From positions 9,052-73,051 of the forward strand of contig JAHLWP010000018.1 in assembly GCA_019057865.1 (NCBI GenBank): a DNA stretch of 64,000 bases, written 5' to 3'. This DNA is from Promethearchaeota archaeon (GTDB lineage: Archaea > Asgardarchaeota > Lokiarchaeia > Sigyniarchaeales > SOKP01). The notes below the pieces were generated by a model that worked only from the letters and a program-made list of their open reading frames with translations, made no database searches and was not told the origin of the DNA. The translations under genes were made by a program, and so were the position numbers. This document shows, in pieces, positions 1 to 9,155 of the stretch; positions within the stretch are counted from its first letter, which is position 1; each line of letters starts with the position of its first letter.

Positions 1-590
1 ATGCTAAATCCAACACAGTATATATTCATTTGGGCAAATTTTTTATTTGATTGTATCCAATCAATAATTTTTTCAAAATCATCAATTCTTTTTAAAAATT
101 GGCTTCTTTTTCCCGCTCTTTTAGATTTTCCAATCCCTCTTGCATCATAGGCAAGAATTATATAACCATTATAAGCTAAAGGAAAATAGTAGTATTGGAG
201 CGTTATCTTAGTATCAGAAAAACCGTGAGAAATTATAATAATAGCATTTTTTGATTTAATTGCTTCTCGGTTTTTCGGAATGATTAAATCAGCAGATAAA
301 AATCTTTTCTTTTTCTTATTTTTCGTATTAACTTCAATTCTTACTTCCGAAATCTCAAGATCATTGAGATAAAGTGGCATCCACCTTTTAAACCAAATAT
401 CTCTAAAGCTAAAATAGATCTCAAATGGTGTAAATATAATTAGAAATGTTGTTGTTGATAAAATAAGAGATGTTTGAAACGCATTGCCGAAGATATTATC
501 GTTAACGTGCCAGATATAGGCACTAACTATGAAAGATATAATTATTACTATTATACGTTTTTGGTTCTTGGACAGTATAGTCTTCCTCAC
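1..590 (-). CDS. Membrane-anchored alpha/beta-hydrolase (partial, runs off window start; not in ORF track)
   Basis: Manual translation from GTG590 (or ATA578) gives hydrophobic N-terminal segments, then IIISHGFSDTK...LAYNGYIILAYDARGIGKS, typical of serine aminopeptidase S33/lysophospholipase-type hydrolases. Confidence 0.75.
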   Translation of the reverse strand, partial: MRKTILSKNQKRIIVIIISFIVSAYIWHVNDNIFGNAFQTSLILSTTTFLIIFTPFEIYFSFRDIWFKRWMPLYLNDLEISEVRIEVNTKNKKKKRFLSADLIIPKNREAIKSKNAIIIISHGFSDTKITLQYYYFPLAYNGYIILAYDARGIGKSKRAGKRSQFLKRIDDFEKIIDWIQSNKKFAQMNIYCVGFS

Positions 591-689
591 CTAAAATATG
601 AAATTAGTATTACTAAGATTGAATAAAAAAAATATAAAATAGAGATATTGAATTTTCCACTTAAAAATCTCTATAGTTTTCGAGATCTT

Positions 690-1010
690 TTATTTTTTAG
701 CTTTATCTGGAGGACATCCAAAATCATCCCTGACTTTACACTCATGTTTACTTGAACTACCTGGACAAGGTTCACATTTAACTTTTCGTACCATTTTTTC
801 TACTTCATCTATTCCTTGTTCAGTTCTTTCTTCCTCTGACTCATCAGCTAACATTTCATCTTCAATTTGGCTAAGATTATATTCAAGATCCTCTTCTAAA
901 TCATCTTTCTCAGAGTATAAGTCTATAATTTCATCTCCTTCATCGTCTACTTTTCCCTCCGGAACTTCATCAATCTCAGATTCTACTGGTGTAATTTTTT
1001 TCTTTGCCAT
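690..1010 (-). CDS. Small acidic hypothetical protein with C-terminal Cys cluster (CxxC...C...C)
   Basis: ORF track; D/E-rich body, CEPCPG..HEC..FGCPP tail; likely start ATG1010. Confidence 0.6.
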   Translation of the reverse strand: MAKKKITPVESEIDEVPEGKVDDEGDEIIDLYSEKDDLEEDLEYNLSQIEDEMLADESEEERTEQGIDEVEKMVRKVKCEPCPGSSSKHECKVRDDFGCPPDKAKK

Positions 1011-1122
1011 TTTATACACAAATTACTATATTTGATTTTTAACTTTTCATTATCTTAACTATATAATATTTGTTAAAATTTAATTTTATTATATTTTCAA
1101 TTAAATAATATGCTAAATAATA

Positions 1123-3300
1123 TTAAACTGAAAAAGATCTTTTTATCCTCTCTAGAGTTAAATTTTTATAAGAAATATTTTCCATCTGATTTAATAATTT
1201 ATCACTTTGATTCAATTCCTTATAGAAATTATTTATTTTGGAGAATACAGAATTTAACTCTTCATTCTGGTAAGTTTCAAATTTAGATAAATTAAATCGT
1301 GGTAAAATGTATTTGAATTGAATATTTGGAATATGATCCTTACCATAAAGTAACTCATTTAATAAGTTGAACTGGATATTAGATTTTGAGTAGATATCTT
1401 TAAAATATAATGCATTAACTAAAGTGTTGGTTAAATTTTTATAAAATTTTAAATTTGTATTGATTTCTGCGTAAAATTTATCTTTAAATTGATTTAATTC
1501 TGAATTCTTGAATATTTTTAAGTCAATTGAGTTTAATCCGTATTGGAATTGTGAAAGAATTTGATTGATCTTCCCTAAATAAGATAACGATAAAGGAAAC
1601 TCTTTTGGTAAAGGTAATCTCCTAATAAAACTCCCATTAAATCTTAAATAGCCACCTGACATGTGTAAAGAACTAAATAAAGATTTAAAGGTTAAATTTA
1701 TTGTATTTGAATTCATAATTGCTAGTAAACTGAATAACTGATCAGTTGAAAAAGAAGGAATAGATAAACAATACAATCCTGTAATATTTGTATATAAACC
1801 GGGATCATAAACCCAAGTGAGATCTTTAGCAATTTCTCTAAAGATCAATTTTTCACTTATGAGAATATTCCAGATATTTTCAAAACCGGGAACAAATTTG
1901 AAGTATGAGATTTTTAAATCTTTTTTGGCAATTCTGATACGTTTATCAAACTTAATGTGATATTTCCCTACATTTCCAGTTCCAATTAATAAGAGATCAT
2001 TGTCTGTTTCTTTCATTTCACTGATGTTATCAAAGTACTTGGAATAATTTAAAAATCCAAATGGCCTATAAACAATTTTTAAATCATCAATCACTATAGC
2101 CATTGGTTTAAAATTATCATATAGATAATTTAATAAATCTATTTTACCGAATATTGGAATTGTTTTAGCAGGAAGGTTTTTTATTAAAAATTGAGGCAAA
2201 ATTTTTGAATCACTGAGATTATTTTTATGCATATCCTGCAAACTGTCGAATTTTTTAATTAAAACTGAATTATCATTACTAGGCTTCTTTTTTAGAAAAG
2301 AAATTATGATTGGATACGCCGATATATTTTTGAAGACAGGTAATGAAGAAATATTGATTATTTCCTTAAGTGTAGTATTATTTACGAGTAATTCTCTAAT
2401 TTTAATTCCATAATCGGCTGATAGGAATTTGTTTGTAGTCAAAAAAGAAAGGCAACCTATATTTTGTTTTAATAATTCTAAAGATTTCTCTATAAAAACT
2501 ATAGAAATATCAAATAATCGATAAGCTGATTTGAATTTCTTAATTAATTTCTTCTTATAATTACTATTTTTTACTTTTTTATTTTCAATATAGGGTGGGT
2601 TTCCAATAATTATATCAAATTGATTTGAATTATATTCAAAAAGAAAATCCAAATTATAGATATTTAATTTGAGATTAAAGCCATCAATAATTTTATCTAA
2701 ATTCTCAAACTTTAAATTTTCAATACTTAATTCAGTAGGATTGAAGTTGTTTATATTTTTTGAAAAAAGCCATAAGATTAATTTCAATTTTGAGATAACA
2801 TAAGCAGACTTTTCAATCTCAATTCCATAAAGATGTTTCTCAATTATTTCTCTTCTTAATTCATATTCTCCCTTTTCTGGATTAAGAATTTTATAAATAT
2901 CATACAATTTATCAGCAACAGAAACTAAAAATCTTCCAGAACCACAGGCAGGATCCAAAATTTTTATATTTTTAATTCTTTCTATTAATAGTTTCTTTAG
3001 ATTTTGATTTTTAGTTAAGAAAAAATTCAAAACATCAAGATTAAGTCCATTTTGAGCTAAATTTTGAGTATTTATCAATTCTTCAAAATATATTCTTAGA
3101 ACATTAGAGACAATATAGTCAACAAGTAGGTGTGGTGTGTAAATTATTCCAAGATTCCGATTAACCTTTTTTTCAAAAATTTTATTATTTTCAAATTTTT
3201 GAATTAGTTTTCCTGAAAGTGATAAAAATTTTTGGAGGGACTGTTTTTGCATTGAACTTTTATTTCCATTTAAACAATTTTCAATTCTTTTTATGTTCAT
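1123..3300 (-). CDS. Eco57I/TaqI-like N6-adenine DNA methyltransferase with target recognition domain, no evident nuclease domain
   Basis: Motifs GIIYTP, ILDPACGSGRF, GIEIE, IIGNPPY. Confidence 0.85.
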   Translation of the reverse strand: MNIKRIENCLNGNKSSMQKQSLQKFLSLSGKLIQKFENNKIFEKKVNRNLGIIYTPHLLVDYIVSNVLRIYFEELINTQNLAQNGLNLDVLNFFLTKNQNLKKLLIERIKNIKILDPACGSGRFLVSVADKLYDIYKILNPEKGEYELRREIIEKHLYGIEIEKSAYVISKLKLILWLFSKNINNFNPTELSIENLKFENLDKIIDGFNLKLNIYNLDFLFEYNSNQFDIIIGNPPYIENKKVKNSNYKKKLIKKFKSAYRLFDISIVFIEKSLELLKQNIGCLSFLTTNKFLSADYGIKIRELLVNNTTLKEIINISSLPVFKNISAYPIIISFLKKKPSNDNSVLIKKFDSLQDMHKNNLSDSKILPQFLIKNLPAKTIPIFGKIDLLNYLYDNFKPMAIVIDDLKIVYRPFGFLNYSKYFDNISEMKETDNDLLLIGTGNVGKYHIKFDKRIRIAKKDLKISYFKFVPGFENIWNILISEKLIFREIAKDLTWVYDPGLYTNITGLYCLSIPSFSTDQLFSLLAIMNSNTINLTFKSLFSSLHMSGGYLRFNGSFIRRLPLPKEFPLSLSYLGKINQILSQFQYGLNSIDLKIFKNSELNQFKDKFYAEINTNLKFYKNLTNTLVNALYFKDIYSKSNIQFNLLNELLYGKDHIPNIQFKYILPRFNLSKFETYQNEELNSVFSKINNFYKELNQSDKLLNQMENISYKNLTLERIKRSFSV

Positions 3301-3405
3301 TTTTATTTTAGATTTCCTTATTTATAAAAATATTAGGGACATTAATAAAAATAAGAAAGTTATGATTAGAAAAAATTAAGAATTTTATAAAAATAGAATT
3401 AAAAG

Positions 3406-4308
3406 TTGATTGATAATAATTATTTACAAAGTCTAATAGAAAAACCTCAAAAAATTTCTAATTTAAAATTTGAGGATATTTCACAAATTTTAAAGCAAGC
3501 TAAAGACATTTTTAACGAAGAAGAGCTACTATTAGAATTTAAATTACTGGATAACAAAGAAGAAGTTTATGTTATTGGAGATATCCATGGCAATTTACAT
3601 AGTTTATTAAATATACTCGAGATTATAAAAAAAGGCAAACCAAAAATTATCATTTTTTTAGGAGATATAGTGGATCGTGGAATAAAACAATTAGAGTGTC
3701 TAATAATTATTTTAGCATTGAAAATCCTTAACCCAAATAAAGTTTTTCTATTGAAAGGGAATCATGAAACCTTGGAAATGAATCAATATTATGGTTTTTT
3801 TCAAGAATTTGTTCAGAAATTTAATGATAAAGAAAAATTTACAGAAATTTTAGATGTTTACCAGGTTCTTCCTTTTTGTGCCATAATAAATAACAAAATT
3901 ATAAGCTTACATGGCGGGATTCCTGAAGATATTGAAATCTTAAAAAAATTAAAAGGTTTAAAACATGAAGATATTAATTCAGTATTTAAATCAGTTGCAG
4001 AAGGTTTATATCAAATTATATGGAATGATCCTAAAGAAAGACTTAAAGGATTCGCTGAAAGTTTCAGAGGTCCGGGAATTAAATTTTTTGGGGAAGATGT
4101 GTTTAATAATTTTTTGAAATCAAATAATCTTAAATATCTTATTAGAGCACATGAATGTTTTCCAGAAGGATATAGATGGTTTTTTAATAATCGCTTGCTA
4201 TCTATATTTTCTTCGGCAAATTATAGAGGATTTTATTCACCAAATCCTGCCTCATATGCTATAGTTAGAAATGATAAAATATTCCCAATTAATATTGAAG
4301 TATCATAA
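3406..4308 (+). CDS. PPP-family Ser/Thr protein phosphatase (PP1/PP2A-like)
   Basis: GDIHG, GDIVDRG, GNHE, HGG, WNDP, RG, RAHE, FSSANY motifs. Confidence 0.93.
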   Translation: MIDNNYLQSLIEKPQKISNLKFEDISQILKQAKDIFNEEELLLEFKLLDNKEEVYVIGDIHGNLHSLLNILEIIKKGKPKIIIFLGDIVDRGIKQLECLIIILALKILNPNKVFLLKGNHETLEMNQYYGFFQEFVQKFNDKEKFTEILDVYQVLPFCAIINNKIISLHGGIPEDIEILKKLKGLKHEDINSVFKSVAEGLYQIIWNDPKERLKGFAESFRGPGIKFFGEDVFNNFLKSNNLKYLIRAHECFPEGYRWFFNNRLLSIFSSANYRGFYSPNPASYAIVRNDKIFPINIEVS

Positions 4309-4360
4309 GGTTAATTATGAAGATATCTTATTCAATTATTGAAATGAGATTTATTCTAGT

Positions 4361-4621
4361 TTAAGTAATTTGAGAAGCATCAGGTTTAATAAAGAGAAGA
4401 TTATTACCACGAATAAATATCTCATTGTATTTAGCCACAGGTGAGCCGTCCATAATTTCTGTGCAATTTTCTAAGATTAAGTTCATATAAGCATCAATTT
4501 CTTTTAATAATCCCTTATATTCTGTCCCATCCTTCAATCTTAATATAATCACACTGTTCTGTGCATTCTGAAGTATGGTTAAAGGATTTTTAGATTTTTG
4601 TGGGGTGTTATTTCTTGACAT
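4361..4621 (-). CDS. Sm-like (Lsm/SmAP) RNA-binding protein
   Basis: Sm1/Sm2 motifs LKDGTEYKGLLKEIDAYMNLILENC, IFIRGNN. Confidence 0.92.
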   Translation of the reverse strand: MSRNNTPQKSKNPLTILQNAQNSVIILRLKDGTEYKGLLKEIDAYMNLILENCTEIMDGSPVAKYNEIFIRGNNLLFIKPDASQIT

Positions 4622-4753
4622 TATTTTAGTACCTTAATTAAAAAATATAATTTAATATTTGAAAAGATAATTTAAAGATAAATTTTTTTGAATTAAAACC
4701 TTTTTATCGGTTATTGAGTATTGGTAGATTAAAATTTTTTTTGGTTATTTTTT

Positions 4754-5353
4754 TTGAAAAATTTGAATAAGACTATTGGTAAAAAAAAGAAGACTATAAG
4801 TAATTATAATAAAACAGCATCTTTTTACGACAATCGATATAGAAAACTCCAAGAACAAAAATATAAAATTATTTTAAAAAATTATCGCTCCAAATCCAAA
4901 TTAATTTTAGATGCTGGATGTGGTACTGGTCTCTTTATTGAATTTATTATAGCTCTAACAAAGCAAAAAGAATTTATTCCTTTTATTTATGTAGGTACAG
5001 ATATTTCTTTAAAAATGTTAGAAATATTCAGAACTAAACTCCAAAGATTAAAAATGAAATATGAATTTAATTTGATCTTATCAGATATAGAGAACCTACC
5101 TTTTAGAGAAAATATTTTTCAATCTATATTCTCTCTTACATCCTTTCAAAATCTACCTAATATCGATGAAGGAGTTAGAAATCTGTATAGAGTAGGAGGA
5201 AATAAAGCAGATTTAAACCTTTCAATCTTAAAGAAGAAACATAATTTGACAGAATTAATAAACTTGTTAAGACCTTTAGTAAAAAATCTTAAGACAACTA
5301 ATAAGGAAAATTTAGAAGATATTATTTTTCAAGGTAAAATTCTAAAAAGATAA
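4754..5353 (+). CDS. Class I SAM-dependent methyltransferase
   Basis: ILDAGCGTG motif I; DIENLPFR. Confidence 0.85.
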   Translation: MKNLNKTIGKKKKTISNYNKTASFYDNRYRKLQEQKYKIILKNYRSKSKLILDAGCGTGLFIEFIIALTKQKEFIPFIYVGTDISLKMLEIFRTKLQRLKMKYEFNLILSDIENLPFRENIFQSIFSLTSFQNLPNIDEGVRNLYRVGGNKADLNLSILKKKHNLTELINLLRPLVKNLKTTNKENLEDIIFQGKILKR

Positions 5354-5363
5354 TATAAAAAAT

Positions 5364-6242
5364 CTATTTCTTATAAAAAGATGCTATTATCTTGTTTGTA
5401 TCACTTTCAACCTTATATTTTTTTTGAAAGTAATTACATACATTTCTAATATCTCTTTCCAAAATTGAAGTTGCATTTGGATGATCACTAGGAATCCACT
5501 GCAACCAATCTATTATTAGGATATTTCCTTTCTCATCTAACACAATATTAAATTCTCCTAAATCTCCATGAATTATATTAGCTTTTTGATAAATTATTTC
5601 CATTTGTTTTATGATTCTATTAAAAATTTTATCAGGATTTTTAATACTTTTATAATAAACTAACTCTTTACCCCTTAAATATGACATTACCACAATGTGT
5701 CTATTATATCCTATTGGTTTGGGAGTATTTAAATTAAGCTTATATATCCTTTTTAAAACTTCAAATTCTTTTTTAGCAGCAAGTCTATTTATATATAACC
5801 AAGAAAGATGGCTTCTTTCACCCGTTAGATCTCTGGAACGCTTAATACTTTTAAAACTCGTTCTTCCCATTCGATAAATTTTTAATGCATATATATTTTC
5901 ATTATCATCCATACAACTGTATACGTCTGATTCTTTTCCTTTCCCTATAAGGGGTCCTAACTGACTAACAATATTCTTTTCTACTAATGTATGTAGAGCT
6001 AATAAATCATAGGCTATTGAATTGAGTGTATATCCTATTTCATTTTTTGAGGAATCTCTAATAATTAAATCAAGTTTATGAATTTTGTTCAAGCGAAATA
6101 GCGTTTCTTCCATTTTATATCTTGAATAAAATTTAATATTGTTGATTTTTACATATTCAGATCTTTTCATCCCAATTTCAATTGCCATTAATATTCTTAG
6201 GTCCTCTTTTTCAAGGTCAGGGAGAAGTTTTGCTGCTTCCAC
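5364..6242 (-). CDS. rio2: RIO2-family atypical protein kinase
   Basis: N-terminal wHTH, GKGKESDVY, HGDLGEFNI, IIDWLQ. Confidence 0.92.
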   Translation of the reverse strand: MEAAKLLPDLEKEDLRILMAIEIGMKRSEYVKINNIKFYSRYKMEETLFRLNKIHKLDLIIRDSSKNEIGYTLNSIAYDLLALHTLVEKNIVSQLGPLIGKGKESDVYSCMDDNENIYALKIYRMGRTSFKSIKRSRDLTGERSHLSWLYINRLAAKKEFEVLKRIYKLNLNTPKPIGYNRHIVVMSYLRGKELVYYKSIKNPDKIFNRIIKQMEIIYQKANIIHGDLGEFNIVLDEKGNILIIDWLQWIPSDHPNATSILERDIRNVCNYFQKKYKVESDTNKIIASFYKK

Positions 6243-6372
6243 ATACTAAATTTCTTTTTTTTAACTTAAAAGATTTATTAATTTACAATAATAAATTGCT
6301 TATCTTCTATATTTTGTAATGATAATATGATTTTTTATATAAAACTATAAAAAAAAATTATTGATTTTAATA

Positions 6373-7275
6373 TTATTCTTGGCTTTCAATTCTTTTCTTT
6401 ATTTCTTGCCACATATCATCGATATAAGTTTTATACATTTCAATCTCTTGTTCATTTAGATTTTTAAATCTTTTCTGTGCACTTAGATATTCTTCTATAG
6501 GTTTTCTTTTAGAAGGATCTAGATACTTACTACTTGGTTTTGATAAGATAAATTTGTCATTAACTACTTCATATAAAGGCCAGAATCCAGTCTGCACGGC
6601 AAGTCTACCAATCAATATTGTATCCTTGGGTTCATAACCCCAACCAGGTGGGCAAGGTGAAAGGATATGGAAATATTTCGTTCCAAATATATCTCTTGCC
6701 TTTTTGAATTTTTCAAATAAATCAAGTGGATAAGAGGCAATACCCGTAGTCACATAAGGAATTCTATGAGCTTCTAAAATCTTTGGCATATCTTTTTTAT
6801 GCCCTAATTTACCTTCAGGTGTAGTTGTAGTTCTTACTCCTAATGGAGTTGAACCACTTCGTTGAACACCTGTATTCATATAAGCTTCATTATCATAACA
6901 TGCAAAGATAAAATTTGTACCTCTTTCAGCAGCACCACTTAATGCTTGTATTCCTATATCGGTTGTCCCACCATCGCCTGCGAATGCTAGTACACATATT
7001 TCTTCATCCAATCCCTTATCTTCTAGTGAAGCTCTTATTCCAGAGGCAGAGGCTCCTGTTGTTGCAAAGGGTGTGTGATAAACGGATATTTTTGTTGAAC
7101 AAAACCCTTGCATCCCATGTAGCACTGTTAGGCAAGAGGCGGGTACTGTTACTATAGTTTTTGAACCTAGTGCTTTTAGAGCGATTCTGTAAATTAGAGC
7201 CATGCCACATCCCGCACAAGCACGTGTACCAGGATAAATATATTCTTCTTCAGGAAGATCCATAACATTTACCAT
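6373..7275 (-). CDS. porB: Pyruvate/2-oxoacid:ferredoxin oxidoreductase beta subunit (TPP-binding)
   Basis: ACAGCG, GDGGTTDIG...DNEAYMNTGVQRS, SPCPPGW; substrate specificity not determinable. Confidence 0.9.
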   Translation of the reverse strand: MVNVMDLPEEEYIYPGTRACAGCGMALIYRIALKALGSKTIVTVPASCLTVLHGMQGFCSTKISVYHTPFATTGASASGIRASLEDKGLDEEICVLAFAGDGGTTDIGIQALSGAAERGTNFIFACYDNEAYMNTGVQRSGSTPLGVRTTTTPEGKLGHKKDMPKILEAHRIPYVTTGIASYPLDLFEKFKKARDIFGTKYFHILSPCPPGWGYEPKDTILIGRLAVQTGFWPLYEVVNDKFILSKPSSKYLDPSKRKPIEEYLSAQKRFKNLNEQEIEMYKTYIDDMWQEIKKRIESQE

Positions 7276-7281
7276 TTTTCC

Positions 7282-8574
7282 TCACCCTCCTTTGAAATAA
7301 GTTGATTCATCATAATCTTTTAATTCTTCTAATTTTAAACCTAAAAAGTCTGTTTTATTGGTAAATATTCCTTTTTTAAATGCATCTAAAGCTTTATGAA
7401 CACCTGACATAATATGTTCTGTTTTAACGTCTCTTCCTCCCAATCCAACAATAAATCCTTTAATATTTGGTCGATTTTTTAATCCATAAAGCGCAGCTTT
7501 TAATTCATAAGATAAAACTCCTTCATAACCATATCCAATATCTCTGTCAAATACAATGATATTTTCTTTATCTTTAAAAAATTCTCTCAAATCTTCCGCA
7601 GGATAAGGTCTAAACAATTTTAAACTCATTAAGCCAACTTTAAGTCCTTCATTTCTAAGTTTTTTAATTGCAATCCTAGCTTGAGATGCCACCGAACCCA
7701 TAGCAAAGATTATGGTATTTGCATCATTAGTATCAACAGTTTTATAAATTCCATTTCCATAAGATCTCCCAAATTTCTTGGAAAATTCATCATGAACTTC
7801 TTTTATTATAATAATTGAATTTTCTAAAGCTTTTTGTAATGCATATCGATATTCATAATATCCTGGCACAGTTCCTTCTGCTCGTTTAACAATATGAGGA
7901 GTTGTAACAGGATCAACTCCCTTTACATTTGAAATATCAGATAAATTGATATGATGTTTAAGAGGTGGTAAGAAATTATCAATATCTTCTTGATTCTCTA
8001 ATTTAACAGGCATCATTGTATGACTAAGTATATATCCATCATATGCAACCATGGCGGGTAGAAAAAGACGAGGATCCTCAGCGATTTTAAAAGCTTGGAG
8101 ATTAGTATCATAGATTTCTTGGTTGTTTTCACACATAAATTGAATCCATCCAACATCTCTTATAGTTATGAAATCTTGATGATCCGTCCAAACACTCCAA
8201 GGAGCGCCTAAGGATCTAGTTGCTAGATTTATAATTATAGGTAATCTATTTCCTGAAGCCCAGGGTAGCAATTCATACATTAATTCTAACCCGTGAGCAG
8301 AGGTTGCTGTGCCAACTCTAGAGCCTGTAGCCGAAGCAGCACAACATACGGCAAGTGCGGAGTGTTCAGACTCAACTTTTATAAATCTAGCTTTCAATTT
8401 TCCTTCTGAAATAAATTCAGCTATTTTTTCAACCACAGGACTTTGAGGTGTTATTGGATATGCTGAGATAACACCTACTTTAGCTTGTCTAAAAGCATGA
8501 GCTGCGGCATGATTTCCTGTTAAAATCATTACATTTTCATCAGTAACCTTTTCTTTCTCATTAGACACAGTCAC
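7282..8574 (-). CDS. porA: Pyruvate/2-oxoacid:ferredoxin oxidoreductase alpha subunit
   Basis: AYPITPQS, VESEHSA, TATSAHGL, GLGGRD. Confidence 0.9.
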   Translation of the reverse strand: MTVSNEKEKVTDENVMILTGNHAAAHAFRQAKVGVISAYPITPQSPVVEKIAEFISEGKLKARFIKVESEHSALAVCCAASATGSRVGTATSAHGLELMYELLPWASGNRLPIIINLATRSLGAPWSVWTDHQDFITIRDVGWIQFMCENNQEIYDTNLQAFKIAEDPRLFLPAMVAYDGYILSHTMMPVKLENQEDIDNFLPPLKHHINLSDISNVKGVDPVTTPHIVKRAEGTVPGYYEYRYALQKALENSIIIIKEVHDEFSKKFGRSYGNGIYKTVDTNDANTIIFAMGSVASQARIAIKKLRNEGLKVGLMSLKLFRPYPAEDLREFFKDKENIIVFDRDIGYGYEGVLSYELKAALYGLKNRPNIKGFIVGLGGRDVKTEHIMSGVHKALDAFKKGIFTNKTDFLGLKLEELKDYDESTYFKGG

Positions 8575-8870
8575 TCATATTTCACCTCTTCCATTGAAAT
8601 AGCTTTTACTGGACATTCCTCCATACAGATTCCACATCCCTTACAATAATCTAAGTCAATTTTAGGAGGAATTGCTCTTGATATCACAGCTTCAGGGCAA
8701 TATAACCAACAATTGAAACAACTGGGTTTTCCAGATTTTGCGGGGATACATTTACCTACATCGATTATAGGTATCCATTTTGCCCATGAACCAGTTTTAC
8801 CAGCTTCTCCTTTAACTGGTTTTTGAACAGAACCAAGAATTTTTTGATAGTCTTTTTTTGATTCATTCAT
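8571..8870 (-). CDS. porD: Pyruvate/2-oxoacid:ferredoxin oxidoreductase delta subunit (2x[4Fe-4S])
   Basis: KTGSW, CFNCWLYCP, YCKGCGICMEECP. Confidence 0.9.
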   Translation of the reverse strand: MNESKKDYQKILGSVQKPVKGEAGKTGSWAKWIPIIDVGKCIPAKSGKPSCFNCWLYCPEAVISRAIPPKIDLDYCKGCGICMEECPVKAISMEEVKYE

Positions 8871-9155
8871 AAAAACACCAAATTTAGATTAAATTTAAAG
8901 CCTTGTATAAAATCAAAACAAATAAATTTTTAATTCTTACCATTTAGAATAAAAACGAATAAGGCTAAATTTTAATTAAATTATTAGTTTTTAGTTTTAT
9001 TCGGTTTACATAAGATTAATTTTCTTATGGGAAAAATAAAGACATAAATATTACTTATTTTATTATTCACTTTAGATAAAGTATTAGGCTCCTAAAATAG
9101 TAGGATAATTTTTTGAATTTTTAACAAATATAGGAATATTGAAAAATAACTGAAG

